Positions 22,421 to 32,541 are shown, counted from the stretch's first letter. The stretch is DNA of 64,000 nucleotides from an uncultured Gemmatimonadaceae bacterium (GCA_963751275.1 CAVVTZ010000007.1:224001-288000); one strand, 5' to 3'. The notes: generated by a model not told the origin, from the sequence alone. Translations and numbers: made by a program.

Positions 22421-24082
22421 CTACCGCCGCGTGGCGAGGATGAAGGCCAGCCCGAACAGCGGCGCCCAGGCGTACCACGGCGCGTGGAACGCGACGAGGA
22501 TCGCTCCGGCGACGAGGCACGCCCCCGCGATCAGCGTGCCGCGCAGTCCGGACAGCGGATTCTCCGCCGGCCGTTTGATCGACCGCTCGAGCACGCGCAC
22601 GCCGTCCGTCACGAGCGACGGCATCTTCAAGAGCGCATCCACGAGGTCCGGCGCGCCGCGCAGTTCCTCCTGGAAGAGCCGCACCGGGCTGAACTGCCCG
22701 ATGAACACCCGCCGCACGTGCGAGCGCGATTTCTCCGCCACGTCGAAGCCCGGCAGCAGCATGTGCCCCACGCTCTCGTACGTGATGAGCGACTTCACCA
22801 TCAGCACCAGCTCCACCGGGAAGTACATCCGGAACTGCGCGCCCTTGCTCACGCTCTCGAGCGTCAATTGCGCGAGCGAGAAACCCTCGAAGCTCGCCGC
22901 GCGCTTCCACCGCCCGGAGATCTCGGCCACTTCGCGGCGGAACCCTTCCGGATCGCCGCGGCGCCCGGGCTCGGCCACCGATGCGAGGTACCGCGCCGCG
23001 TTCTCCGCGTCGCCCATCACGAGCGAGTAGTAGTAATAGAGCAGCCCACGCCGGAGCTCGTTGTCGAGTCGACCGACCATGCCGAGATCGATGAAGCCCA
23101 CCTGCGGGCCCGGCAGCACCACGAGATTTCCGGGGTGGAGATCGGCGTGGAAGAAGCCGTCCTTGTAGATCATCTGGATGATCGAGCCCGTGCCGAGGTC
23201 CACGAGACGCTCGCGGTCCTCGAGCGGCAGCGCCTGCGCCCTCTTGGAGTCCGGTCGCTCGCCGTCCAGGAACTCCATGGTAAGCACGGTGCGCGAACTG
23301 TAGTCCCGGAAGATCGTGGGGAAGATGATGTCGGGCTGGTCCGCGAAGTTCGCGTGGAAGGTGTCGCAGTTGTCCGCTTCGCGGCGAAGATCGACTTCCT
23401 TCAGCGTGTAATCGCAGAATTCCTTGATGATCCGCTGCGGCTGGTAACGGCTGAAGAAGAGCTGCAGCGTGGCGCCCACTCCCCGAAGCAGCTTCGCGTC
23501 GGTGATCAGCGTCTCGCGGATGCCCGGCTTCACCATCTTGATCACGACGTCGTCGCCGTGGATGGTGGTGGCCCGGTGGATCTGCGCGATCGACGCGGAG
23601 CCGAGCGGCACCTCGTGCACGTCCGCGAACATCGCGGCGATCGGACGGTCGAGGCTCTTCTCCACCATCTCGCAGAACACCGGGTACGGCACGATCGGCA
23701 AACGGTCGAGCAGATTGCGCAGCTCGTCGGTGATCGGCTTGGGGAGGATGTCCTCGCGCAGGCTCAGGATCTGTCCGAGCTTGATGTACGTGGGGCCGAG
23801 CAGTTCGAGCCGCCGCCGCAACTGCACGGGGAACGGCTGGTCGCGCAGGTCGCGGCGGATGAACGGCCGCACGAGGAAGGCGCCTGTGCCGGCGATCGCG
23901 CGCAACAGATAGCGCGGATCACGCGCATCGCGCAGGCTGTGCGAGTACGAGACCAGTCCGCCCGCGAGCAGCGCGGTCGTCTGGTGCACGGTCACCACGA
24001 AGCGGCGCGCGAGGCTCGGCGCCCGCGTGTCCGTCATGAACGTGAAGCCCGGCGGCGCGCCCTCCGCCGCGGTCGCCGTCAT
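22421..24082 (-). CDS. AarF/ABC1/UbiB family atypical kinase
   Basis: LGPTYIKLGQ, LGSASIAQIH, VIKMVKP, FHADLHPGN, IDLGMVG, two C-terminal TMs. Confidence 0.94.
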   Translation of the reverse strand: MTATAAEGAPPGFTFMTDTRAPSLARRFVVTVHQTTALLAGGLVSYSHSLRDARDPRYLLRAIAGTGAFLVRPFIRRDLRDQPFPVQLRRRLELLGPTYIKLGQILSLREDILPKPITDELRNLLDRLPIVPYPVFCEMVEKSLDRPIAAMFADVHEVPLGSASIAQIHRATTIHGDDVVIKMVKPGIRETLITDAKLLRGVGATLQLFFSRYQPQRIIKEFCDYTLKEVDLRREADNCDTFHANFADQPDIIFPTIFRDYSSRTVLTMEFLDGERPDSKRAQALPLEDRERLVDLGTGSIIQMIYKDGFFHADLHPGNLVVLPGPQVGFIDLGMVGRLDNELRRGLLYYYYSLVMGDAENAARYLASVAEPGRRGDPEGFRREVAEISGRWKRAASFEGFSLAQLTLESVSKGAQFRMYFPVELVLMVKSLITYESVGHMLLPGFDVAEKSRSHVRRVFIGQFSPVRLFQEELRGAPDLVDALLKMPSLVTDGVRVLERSIKRPAENPLSGLRGTLIAGACLVAGAILVAFHAPWYAWAPLFGLAFILATRR

Positions 24083-24083
24083 G

Positions 24084-25631
24084 TCAGCGATTCCGCCCGT
24101 ACTTCTCGTGCGAGCTCACCCACTCGAGCGATGAGATCGCCGCGGCCAGCGAGATCTCGCCGGCGAGCACGACCCCGGCGATGATCTCGGCCAGCTTGTG
24201 CGCCTTCCCCTTGCCCACGCAGCCCAGGATCTCGAGGCACTCGCGCTGGGTGGGGAGCGCCGTGCCGCCGCCGTGCGTGGCGACGATGAGCGACGGGATG
24301 GTGATCGAGATGTACAGGTCGCGCGCCGGCGTCAGCTCCGAGTAGATGATGCCGGCGGCGCCCTCGGAGACGTTCGCCACGTCCTGCCCGGTGGCGATGA
24401 ACATCGCGGTGATGCCGTTCGCCGAGTGGAGCCCGTTGTTGTTGGCCCCGGAGAGCAGCGTGCCGACGTTCGCGACGCCGCCGTGATAGGTCAGGCTCTC
24501 CGGCTCCACCCGCAGTTCGCTCATCAGCACTTCGCGCGGGATCGTCGCCTCGGCCGTCACGCGCTTGCCGCGCGTGCGCATGACATTCACCTGCGAGGCT
24601 TTCTTGTCCGTGGCGAAATTCGATTCGAGGAAGAAGCGGCGGATCGTGGGCACCTGCTCCAGGATCCAGCTGCACGCGGCGAAGGTGGCGCGCCCCGTCA
24701 TGTTCTGCCCGGCGGCGTCGCCCGTGCTGAAGTTGAAGCGCAGGTACGCGAACTTGCTCGCGAGATAGATGTCGATGTAGAGCATCTTCGCGACGCTGGA
24801 GGTGGCCTCCGCCTCCTTCGCGATCTCCGGCAGATGCGCGTTCACCCACGTGCGGAACTCGCGCGCCTCGCGCGCGGAATCGAAGATGAACACCGGCGCG
24901 CGCTGCATGCAGTCGTCGCTCACCGTGCACGTCACGCCGCCCGACAGGTTGAGCACCTTCATGCCGCGGTTGTAACTCGCGACGAGCGTGCCCTCCGTGG
25001 TGGCGAGCGGGATGAGGAACTCGCCCTGCGCGTGCTCGCCGTGCACCATCAGCGGGCCGGCGAGGCCGAGCGGCACCTGCGCGACGCCAATGAAGTTCTC
25101 GATGTTCCCGCGCGTCAGCTCCGGATCGAACGACGGCTTGTTGACGTGCTTCAGATCCTTGCCGCTCGCCTTGGCGAGGAAGCGGTGCCGTTCGGTGATG
25201 ATCTTCGGCGAATAGTTGAGCGCCGCGTCCTTCTCGTACGGGATGGAGGTGCGCTTGGTCTGCGCATCGTGGAGCGCGTCCTTCACCGCGATCTCGAGCT
25301 CGCCGAAGCCGCTCGCTTCCACGAGCAGCTTGATCTCGTGCGACCCGTGCGTGAGCGGGCGCGCCTTGGCGTGCAGGTGCGCGATCTCCTTGAGCGGGAA
25401 GGGCACGGCCTGCTGCGGCGTCAGGTCCGCCGCTGCCATGTCGCGGCCGGCGCCGAACTGCACGCGCACGTTCTGGAGCGGCACCTCATCCCCATCCACG
25501 CGCAAGCGCACGAGACGCGTCAGCGTCACGTCGCTCAGCCGGTTGCGCAGGCTGAACGCGAATCCGTCAGCGGTGTTCTCCAGCGAACCGAAGGTGTACA
25601 ATTGCCGCAGCAGGAGCGAAGGGATCTTCAT
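24084..25631 (-). CDS. Class I HMG-CoA reductase with extra ~125-aa N-terminal domain
   Basis: NIENFIG, PLATTEGTLVAS, TGDAAGQNM, NFATDKK, TGQDVANV, GGGT, LAGEISL, C-terminal His. Confidence 0.92.
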   Translation of the reverse strand: MKIPSLLLRQLYTFGSLENTADGFAFSLRNRLSDVTLTRLVRLRVDGDEVPLQNVRVQFGAGRDMAAADLTPQQAVPFPLKEIAHLHAKARPLTHGSHEIKLLVEASGFGELEIAVKDALHDAQTKRTSIPYEKDAALNYSPKIITERHRFLAKASGKDLKHVNKPSFDPELTRGNIENFIGVAQVPLGLAGPLMVHGEHAQGEFLIPLATTEGTLVASYNRGMKVLNLSGGVTCTVSDDCMQRAPVFIFDSAREAREFRTWVNAHLPEIAKEAEATSSVAKMLYIDIYLASKFAYLRFNFSTGDAAGQNMTGRATFAACSWILEQVPTIRRFFLESNFATDKKASQVNVMRTRGKRVTAEATIPREVLMSELRVEPESLTYHGGVANVGTLLSGANNNGLHSANGITAMFIATGQDVANVSEGAAGIIYSELTPARDLYISITIPSLIVATHGGGTALPTQRECLEILGCVGKGKAHKLAEIIAGVVLAGEISLAAAISSLEWVSSHEKYGRNR

Positions 25632-25778
25632 GGGTCCGCGGACGGTCAGGTCGGCGGCCGCGAGACCCGAATGTGGGGGCGGCGCCGGACGGTGAGTATG
25701 GGCAGTCGCCCTACACGGTGCAGGGCGACTGCCGATACGCGTACGCTACCGTGCGACCCGCGAGCGGGGAAGAGCGCG

Positions 25779-26597
25779 CTACCGGAAGACCAGGTAGAGC
25801 ACCAGCAGGATGCTGGCGATCGCCGCGCCGATGAGCATCGGCATCAGCGGCAGGCGCCGCGAACCGTCCACCGGATATTTCCCGCCCTCCATCGTGACGG
25901 CGCGCTGCGCGAGCTGCGTGCTGCGGCGGCTGAACGCGTCGTCATCGTGGTCCTCGAACTGCACCGGGCGCACGCCCGGGGGCAGCGGCTGGCGCGTGAA
26001 GGTGAAGATCGTGTCGCCCACCTGGATCTGGTCACCCTCCACCAGGATCTTGGGGTCCTTCGCGGGCTGGTTGTTGATCTTCGTGCCGGACGAACCCATC
26101 GAGTAGATGACGAATTCGCCCGCTTCGCCGCGCACGTCCGCGTGGAAGCGCGACACGGTGGGATCCTTGAGCACGATGCTGCAGCCGATCTCGCGCCCGA
26201 TCTGCACGACGCGCTTGCGCAGCGTGTAGCCCTTTCGGCTCGAGGTGTCGATCAGGTGTGCATCGGCCGGCGGCTTCGCGGCGGCGGGGCGCGCCGTGGC
26301 GGCGTCCTTCAGGAAGACGAATCGCGCGTTGCCCGCCGCGATCACATCACCCGAATTGATCGGTGTGCCCGATGGCGGCACCTGCTTGCCGCTCACGACC
26401 ACCACATTCTGCGGCGACGCGGGCACGACGGCCCCCGTTCCATCGATCGATCCGCGGACCTTGAAATGCCGCGCCGCCAGGTCCAGTCCCGCGAGACGCC
26501 ACTCCGCCTGCGATCCGCTCCCGACCATCAACTCGCCGTTGAATTCGCGCGGGTTGCCATCGAGGTCGGGCTTTCCTTCGAGCTCAAGAACGGGCAT
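25779..26597 (-). CDS. FHA-domain protein (two FHA-like domains, C-terminal TM)
   Basis: IGRE...VSRFHA...SSGTKIN...LVEGDQIQVG; degenerate N-terminal copy. Confidence 0.87.
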   Translation of the reverse strand: MPVLELEGKPDLDGNPREFNGELMVGSGSQAEWRLAGLDLAARHFKVRGSIDGTGAVVPASPQNVVVVSGKQVPPSGTPINSGDVIAAGNARFVFLKDAATARPAAAKPPADAHLIDTSSRKGYTLRKRVVQIGREIGCSIVLKDPTVSRFHADVRGEAGEFVIYSMGSSGTKINNQPAKDPKILVEGDQIQVGDTIFTFTRQPLPPGVRPVQFEDHDDDAFSRRSTQLAQRAVTMEGGKYPVDGSRRLPLMPMLIGAAIASILLVLYLVFR

Positions 26598-26615
26598 TGG
26601 TCCTTACCAGGGAAG

Positions 26616-27623
26616 TCAGGTCGGCATGTCGGTCATCGCCCGGCGCAACAAGGCCGCCGCAAGCGTGACTTTATAGTAATTGTCGCGCAACGGCCGTGCA
26701 TCGTATAACGCGCGGTCGGCCAGGGTCGCAACATCTTCGGGGCCGATCCCGCCGCTCGCGACATCCTGTTCCACGGAATGATCCACCCGCCACGGACGCG
26801 GGGCGACGCCGCCGAGCACCAGCCGCACGTCGCCATCGGTGCGGCGAACGGCGGCGAGGCTCGCGAGCGCGAAGTCCCACGCGCCGCGCGCCATCACTTT
26901 CTCGTAACGCTGCCAGCCGCCGGCGCTTCCGGGCGCGAGCAGGATCGCGGCCACGATCTCACCGGGGGCGAGGACATTCTCGCGGGCCACACCGCTCGCC
27001 GGCAACGTGAAGAACGCGTCCAGCGGCACCTGTCGCGCGCCGGCCGCTCCCGCGATCTCCACCATCGCGTCGAGCGCCACGAGCGCGACGGCCGGATCGG
27101 ACGGGTGCACGACGAAGCACGGTCCGCCGCCGAGGATCGCGTGGTAGCGGTTCTCTCCCTGCTCCGCCGGGCAGCTATTGCCGCCGTTCTTGAGGCAGGA
27201 GACACCCTGCCGCAGGTACCAGCACCGCGGCCGCTGGCAGAGGTTCCCGCCGATCGTACCCATGTGACGCAGCGCCGTGGTGCCGACCGCTTCGCAGGCT
27301 TGCGCGAGCATCGGCCAATGCGCGCGCACGGTTGCGTGCGCGGCGATCGCGGCCAGGCGCGTGGCGCCACCAATGCGCAGACCGAGCGTGGCGTCGCCCT
27401 CGATGCCATCGAGGCGCCGGACGTGCCGCAGATCGACGAGCGCATCGGCCTGCTCGAGGTCTTCTTCGAGCGCGGTGAGCAGATCGGTGCCGCCGCCGAG
27501 CGGGCGCGCGCCCGCGAGCGCGAGCCGGTCGAGCGCGTCGCGCAGCGAATCAGGGCGGGAGTATGTGAGGTCCGAGAATGGGCACGGAGAGGCGGCGACT
27601 GTCGAAGAACGGTGCTTGAGCAT
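26616..27623 (-). CDS. XDH-family FAD-binding subunit, PaoB/YagS type (start uncertain)
   Basis: LGGGTDL, TIGGNLCQRPRCWY...CLKNGGNSC (4Fe-4S insert), HPSD, WDFALAS. Confidence 0.9.
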   Translation of the reverse strand: MLKHRSSTVAASPCPFSDLTYSRPDSLRDALDRLALAGARPLGGGTDLLTALEEDLEQADALVDLRHVRRLDGIEGDATLGLRIGGATRLAAIAAHATVRAHWPMLAQACEAVGTTALRHMGTIGGNLCQRPRCWYLRQGVSCLKNGGNSCPAEQGENRYHAILGGGPCFVVHPSDPAVALVALDAMVEIAGAAGARQVPLDAFFTLPASGVARENVLAPGEIVAAILLAPGSAGGWQRYEKVMARGAWDFALASLAAVRRTDGDVRLVLGGVAPRPWRVDHSVEQDVASGGIGPEDVATLADRALYDARPLRDNYYKVTLAAALLRRAMTDMPT

Positions 27624-27692
27624 ACCCTTGGTCGTCCCTTAATTCCAGAGCATCGCGCGCGCCGCGCGACTCCTTCCATTCGGATCTCCCGC

Positions 27693-28898
27693 ATGTCATT
27701 CGCGTTCCGCCGAATCGCCGTCGTCTCCGGGTGCGCCGTGGCGCTCGCGCTGGGCGCGTGTCCATCGAAGGGCGGTGACAAGGCGAACACGGCCACGACG
27801 GACACGCTCTCGAGCGCGCTCACGAAGGCGTCGGAGCATGACACGGTCGCGCGCGAGCAGCAGCTGCAGGCCGCGGATACCGCGACGATCGCGCGCGGCA
27901 CCGACACCACGGTCACGAACGCGAAGCCGGGCACGCTGCGCATCGCCTCGCTCGACCCGCTCGCCGACTCGATCTCCGACCGCATGGTGTTCTACGCGCT
28001 GATCCAGACGAAATTCGTCGCGGCCACGCGCGGCAAGCGCCTGCTCATGGACCTCGGCCGCTACGACGGGACGCTGAACGGCGCGAAACAGCGGAAGGCG
28101 TTCGAGGAGGCGGCGAAGGTGCTCTCGCCCGTGCACGCCGGCGACCGGTTCCTGCTGCACGGGCCGTGGGGCGCGGACTCGGCGACGGTGACCGGGTTCA
28201 CCGTGTGGAACGGCCGCATCGTCGCGACGCTCGCGCTCCCAGCGCTGATCGATTCCATGGCGCGCAGCGGGATGACACTCGTGGCGCTCGCGACGAAGAT
28301 CGAACCGGACACCGCGCACGCCGACAGCGCCGCGGCCGCTGCCGTGGTGGTGCCGGGAGCGGCGCCGGCGCCGGTCAAGGCGCCCACGGCGAACCCCGAT
28401 TCGATCGCGCTCCCCGATTCCGCGACGCTCGCCGCCGCGCTCGCCCCGGGCTGCAACCGCGATTCGATCTCGCTGGAGCTCGCACTGCGCGTGTCAGAGT
28501 TGGCCGACTCACTCACGGTGGTGCTCGAAGCGGACACCGCGAAACTCACCGACCGGCTCAAGAAGACGGTGAAGGTGCAGAAATCGCAGGCGATCGGATG
28601 CTTCGCGCACTGGCGCGTGATCCTCCTCGTGAACCAATCGGCCGGCGACTACGAATATGTCCACCAGATCGGCCTGCTCGTGGACACCGCTGGCGTCGCG
28701 GCACCGCTCAGCGTGCGCGACCTGCGATTCAAGGCGCACGAGGTGATCAAGGCGTTCGATGCGGACGGCGACGGCGTGGATGACCTCGCCGTGCGCGGCC
28801 ACGGCAACCGCATCGGCGCTACGGTCATCCTGCATTACGATCCGGCTAAACGGAGGCTGGAGTACGTCATGGAAGGATTCGCTTGGGAAGTATTCTGA
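27693..28898 (+). CDS. Hypothetical lipoprotein
   Basis: Lipobox-like LALGAC; DADGDGVDD Ca-binding-like motif near the C-terminus. Confidence 0.75.
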   Translation: MSFAFRRIAVVSGCAVALALGACPSKGGDKANTATTDTLSSALTKASEHDTVAREQQLQAADTATIARGTDTTVTNAKPGTLRIASLDPLADSISDRMVFYALIQTKFVAATRGKRLLMDLGRYDGTLNGAKQRKAFEEAAKVLSPVHAGDRFLLHGPWGADSATVTGFTVWNGRIVATLALPALIDSMARSGMTLVALATKIEPDTAHADSAAAAAVVVPGAAPAPVKAPTANPDSIALPDSATLAAALAPGCNRDSISLELALRVSELADSLTVVLEADTAKLTDRLKKTVKVQKSQAIGCFAHWRVILLVNQSAGDYEYVHQIGLLVDTAGVAAPLSVRDLRFKAHEVIKAFDADGDGVDDLAVRGHGNRIGATVILHYDPAKRRLEYVMEGFAWEVF

Positions 28899-28913
28899 CG
28901 GCGCGTCTAGGGC

Positions 28914-29042
28914 CTAGTACCGCTGTAACGGCGCGTCTGGGAGGCAGCGTGTGGTAGTGCAGGGCGGGAGTAGCTGCCGCCGCAACTCCCGCCCGGCCCT
29001 ACCACACGCTGCCTCCCAGACGCGCTCCTCAAGCGGTACTTG
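28914..29042. mobile_element. MITE/REP-like hairpin element, copy 1
   Basis: Ends CTAGTACCGCT...AGCGGTACTTG; 27-bp perfect internal inverted repeat; homologous to 54232-54380. Confidence 0.75.
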
Positions 29043-29066
29043 TCCCTACACGCGCCCCTCATAATT

Positions 29067-29378
29067 ATGACCATGACCGGTAAAGAACGCGCCGCCCTTC
29101 GCGCCGAGGCTCATCACCTGAAGGCTTCCGTGCACATCGGCCACCAGGGGCTCACCGTCGCGCTCCGCGATTCGCTCGACGACGCGCTGCGCACGCACGA
29201 GCTCGTGAAGGTGCAGCTCGTGAAACGCGCCGGGATCAGCACGAAGGAGGCGGCCAACGAACTCGCCGCCGCGCTCAGCGCGGACGTCGTGCAGGTGATC
29301 GGGCGCACGACCTCGCTCTATCGCGAGAACCCCGAGCTGGACCACAAGCGCGACAAGGCGCCGGCCTGGCGCCGCTGA
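29067..29378 (+). CDS. yhbY: YhbY/CRM RNA-binding protein
   Basis: LRAEAHHLK...IGHQG...HELVKV...VQVIGRT. Confidence 0.92.
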   Translation: MTMTGKERAALRAEAHHLKASVHIGHQGLTVALRDSLDDALRTHELVKVQLVKRAGISTKEAANELAAALSADVVQVIGRTTSLYRENPELDHKRDKAPAWRR

Positions 29379-29381
29379 CGG

Positions 29382-31688
29382 TCAGCCGCGGCTGATCGCG
29401 TCCAGCACGCGCCATGGCGCGAGCGGGATCTCGCGCACCTCGCAGCCCAGCGCATCGGCGACGGCGTTCGCGATCGCGGGTGCGGTGGGAATGATCGGCG
29501 GCTCGCCCACGCCCAGCACGCCGATGTGGTTCGCCACGGTATCGGCGCGCTCCACGAAGCGCGCGTCGATCGCGGGGATGTCGGCCAGGGTCGGGATCTT
29601 GTAGTCGTGCAGATTGCGGTTCATCTGCAGGCCGAGGGCGCGGTCCATCACGCGCTCCTCGAAGAGCGCGTAGCCGAGCCCCTGGATGATCCCGCCTTCG
29701 AGCTGGCTCCCCGCGAGCGCGGGATTCACGATGCGGCCGCAGCTGTGCGATGCGACGATCCGGATCACGCGCACGACGCCGGTCTCGGCGTTCACTTCCA
29801 CTTCCGCGAACTGCGCGCCGAAGGTGGCGAGCGAGGTGGCGGATGGGTTCGGCCCGCGCGTGCCGCGTCCGATGATCATCAGCTTGCCGAGCTTCTGGCC
29901 GATCTGCGCGAAGGTGATCGCGCGCTTCCTCCCGCGCACGCGCACGGACCCGTCGCGCGCCTCGAGGCGCTTCGCGGATACATCGAGCAATCCTGCGCAC
30001 GCATCGAGCAGCTGCCGCTTGGCGTCCTCCGCCGCCATGCGCACCGCCGGCCCCACCGAAGCGGTGGTCATCGAGCCCCACGAATTCCCGGTGTAGGGCG
30101 TGCGCTCCGTGTCGCCGAGGATGACGCGCACGTTGCCGAGCTTGGCGCCGAGCGCCTCGGCCGCGATCTGCGCGAGGATGGTGCGCGATCCGGTGCCGAG
30201 GTCCTGCGTGCCGGCGAGCACCTCGGCGGTGCCGTCGGGATTGAGGCGCACGAAAGCGTTGGCGGGCGGGCCGCCGCCGGCGCTCCACGTTTGCGCGGCC
30301 ATGCCGAATCCGCGGCGGATCGTGCCGGTGCGCTGCGGCTTGCGCTTCGCCCACTGGAACCGCCTCGCGCCGTCGCGGTAGCATTCCGCGAGCAGCGGCG
30401 ACGAGAAGCGCTTGCCGCTGCCCGGGTGCTTCTTCGCGACGTTCTTGAGGCGCAGTGCGAGGGGATCGATCCCCAGCGCGCGCGCGAGCTCATCCATCGC
30501 GCGCTCGAGCGCGAAGGCGCCCTCCACGTGGCCGGGCGCGCGGAAGCTCGCCATGGGCGATGTGTTCGTGAGCACGAAGCGCTCGCGCGTGCGCACGTTC
30601 GCGCAGGCGTAGAGGTCGTGATAGAAGCCGGCCGGCCCTTCGTCCACGCCGTTCGTGCCCATCGTGACATTGGCGTCGAGTGAGATCGCGACGAGACGCC
30701 CGTCCTTCGCGGCGCCCAGCGTCACGCGCTGCACCGTCGCGGGACGGTTGCCGGCGTCGCTCTGCTCGGCGGCGCGGTCGTTCACGCAGCGCACCGGCCG
30801 GCCGGCGGCGCGCGCGAGCAGGGCGGCGACGTACGCATTCGTGCTCGCGCCGGTCTTCGCGCCGAAGCCGCCGCCCATGTGGTCGAGCAGCACGCGCACG
30901 TGCGTGTGCTGCAGCTTGAACGCGCGCGCGAGATCGTCGCGCGTGTGGAAGATGCCCTGCGTGGACTCCCACACGGTGAGCCGCTCGCCGACCCACTCGG
31001 CGACCGCCGCGTGCGGCTCGAGCGCCGAGTGAAGCGCGGTGGGCGTGCGGTACTCCCGCGTGATGACGAGGTGGGCGGTCTTGAGCGCCTTCGCGGCGTT
31101 CCCGCGCTCGATGATGCGTGGATCCACGAGCAGGTTCCGCCCGCCGAGCACGCGCGGCGCGTTGGGGGCGAGCGCATCCTCGGCAGTCACCGCATGCGCC
31201 GCCCGCTCGTACTGCGCGACGATCGCGGCGAGCGCGCGGTGCGCGATGCGCGGCGTGTCGGCGCACACGGCGGCCACCGGCTGGCCGGCGTAGCGGATGT
31301 CGGGGGAGAAGAGGACGCCGCCCGGCGCGTCGATGGCGGGAATGCCGGCGCGCGATATCGCGCCGCGGACGCCGGGCATCGCGAGCGCGGGGGCGAGGTC
31401 GAGGTGCGTGAGCCGGCCGCGCGCGATGGGTGCGCGGAGGATCGCGGCGTGCAGCGTCCCGGCGGGTCGCGCATCCACCGTGTAACGCGCGCGGCCGGTG
31501 ACCTTGTCCGCGGCATCCACGCGGGTCGCGCGGCGCCCGACCACGGCGAGCTCGGCGCGATCGGTCCACGGCGCGGGCTCGAAGGCGGGGATCGCGACGA
31601 TCTTCGTCTCGATGCGCCCTTCCACCTCCACCGTGGTGGTGACGAAGCTTCCGGGCGCCGGCTTCTTCTTCGTCTTCTTAGCGGCCAC
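29382..31688 (-). CDS. XDH-family molybdopterin-binding subunit
   Basis: KVTGRARY, MGGGFGAK, FRAPG, QDLGTG, SQLEGG, GVGEPP. Confidence 0.94.
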   Translation of the reverse strand: MAAKKTKKKPAPGSFVTTTVEVEGRIETKIVAIPAFEPAPWTDRAELAVVGRRATRVDAADKVTGRARYTVDARPAGTLHAAILRAPIARGRLTHLDLAPALAMPGVRGAISRAGIPAIDAPGGVLFSPDIRYAGQPVAAVCADTPRIAHRALAAIVAQYERAAHAVTAEDALAPNAPRVLGGRNLLVDPRIIERGNAAKALKTAHLVITREYRTPTALHSALEPHAAVAEWVGERLTVWESTQGIFHTRDDLARAFKLQHTHVRVLLDHMGGGFGAKTGASTNAYVAALLARAAGRPVRCVNDRAAEQSDAGNRPATVQRVTLGAAKDGRLVAISLDANVTMGTNGVDEGPAGFYHDLYACANVRTRERFVLTNTSPMASFRAPGHVEGAFALERAMDELARALGIDPLALRLKNVAKKHPGSGKRFSSPLLAECYRDGARRFQWAKRKPQRTGTIRRGFGMAAQTWSAGGGPPANAFVRLNPDGTAEVLAGTQDLGTGSRTILAQIAAEALGAKLGNVRVILGDTERTPYTGNSWGSMTTASVGPAVRMAAEDAKRQLLDACAGLLDVSAKRLEARDGSVRVRGRKRAITFAQIGQKLGKLMIIGRGTRGPNPSATSLATFGAQFAEVEVNAETGVVRVIRIVASHSCGRIVNPALAGSQLEGGIIQGLGYALFEERVMDRALGLQMNRNLHDYKIPTLADIPAIDARFVERADTVANHIGVLGVGEPPIIPTAPAIANAVADALGCEVREIPLAPWRVLDAISRG

Positions 31689-32178
31689 GCTGCTCCCGCA
31701 TCGTGGCGGCAGCCGCGAGCACGGCGCGCCGGATCTTGGGGTACGCGCCGCAGCGGCAGAGGTTACCGCTCATCCAGCGCGTGACGTCATCTTCCGTGGG
31801 ATCCGGATTCCGCTCGAGCAGCGCGAGCGCGGCCATGATCTGGCCCGGCGTACACATGCCGCACTGGAGCGCATCGTGCTCGACGAACGCGGTTTGGAGC
31901 GGGTGGAGCTTGCCGCCGGCGGCGAGCCCCTCGATGGTGGCGACCTGGGCGCCCTCGCACGCGGCGGCGAGCGTGAGGCAGGCGTAGGCGGGATCGCCAT
32001 CGATGTGCACCGTGCAGGCGCCGCACTCGCCGCGGCCGCACACGTATTTCGTGCCGGTGAGGTCCAGGCGGCCGCGCAGAACGGCGAGCAACGTGTCGCC
32101 CGGCGCCGCGGCCACCTCGTGCGGCTGTCCGTTGATCGTGAGGCGCAGCGTGCCGGCCGCTGACTTCATCCGCGTCAT
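31678..32178 (-). CDS. XDH-family 2x[2Fe-2S] subunit
   Basis: CGRGECGAC...C, QCGMC, NLCRC; no Tat signal. Confidence 0.94.
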   Translation of the reverse strand: MTRMKSAAGTLRLTINGQPHEVAAAPGDTLLAVLRGRLDLTGTKYVCGRGECGACTVHIDGDPAYACLTLAAACEGAQVATIEGLAAGGKLHPLQTAFVEHDALQCGMCTPGQIMAALALLERNPDPTEDDVTRWMSGNLCRCGAYPKIRRAVLAAAATMREQRGR

Positions 32179-32253
32179 CCCCTGTCCCCGGGCGGGAAAT
32201 TCAATATTATTCTGCGTGGTCTAGCGAGCGGGTCGAGCAACTTCGAGGGAGAA

Positions 32254-32517
<264 letters not shown>

Positions 32518-32541
32518 ACGGCAGACTTGGACTTTAGACTT

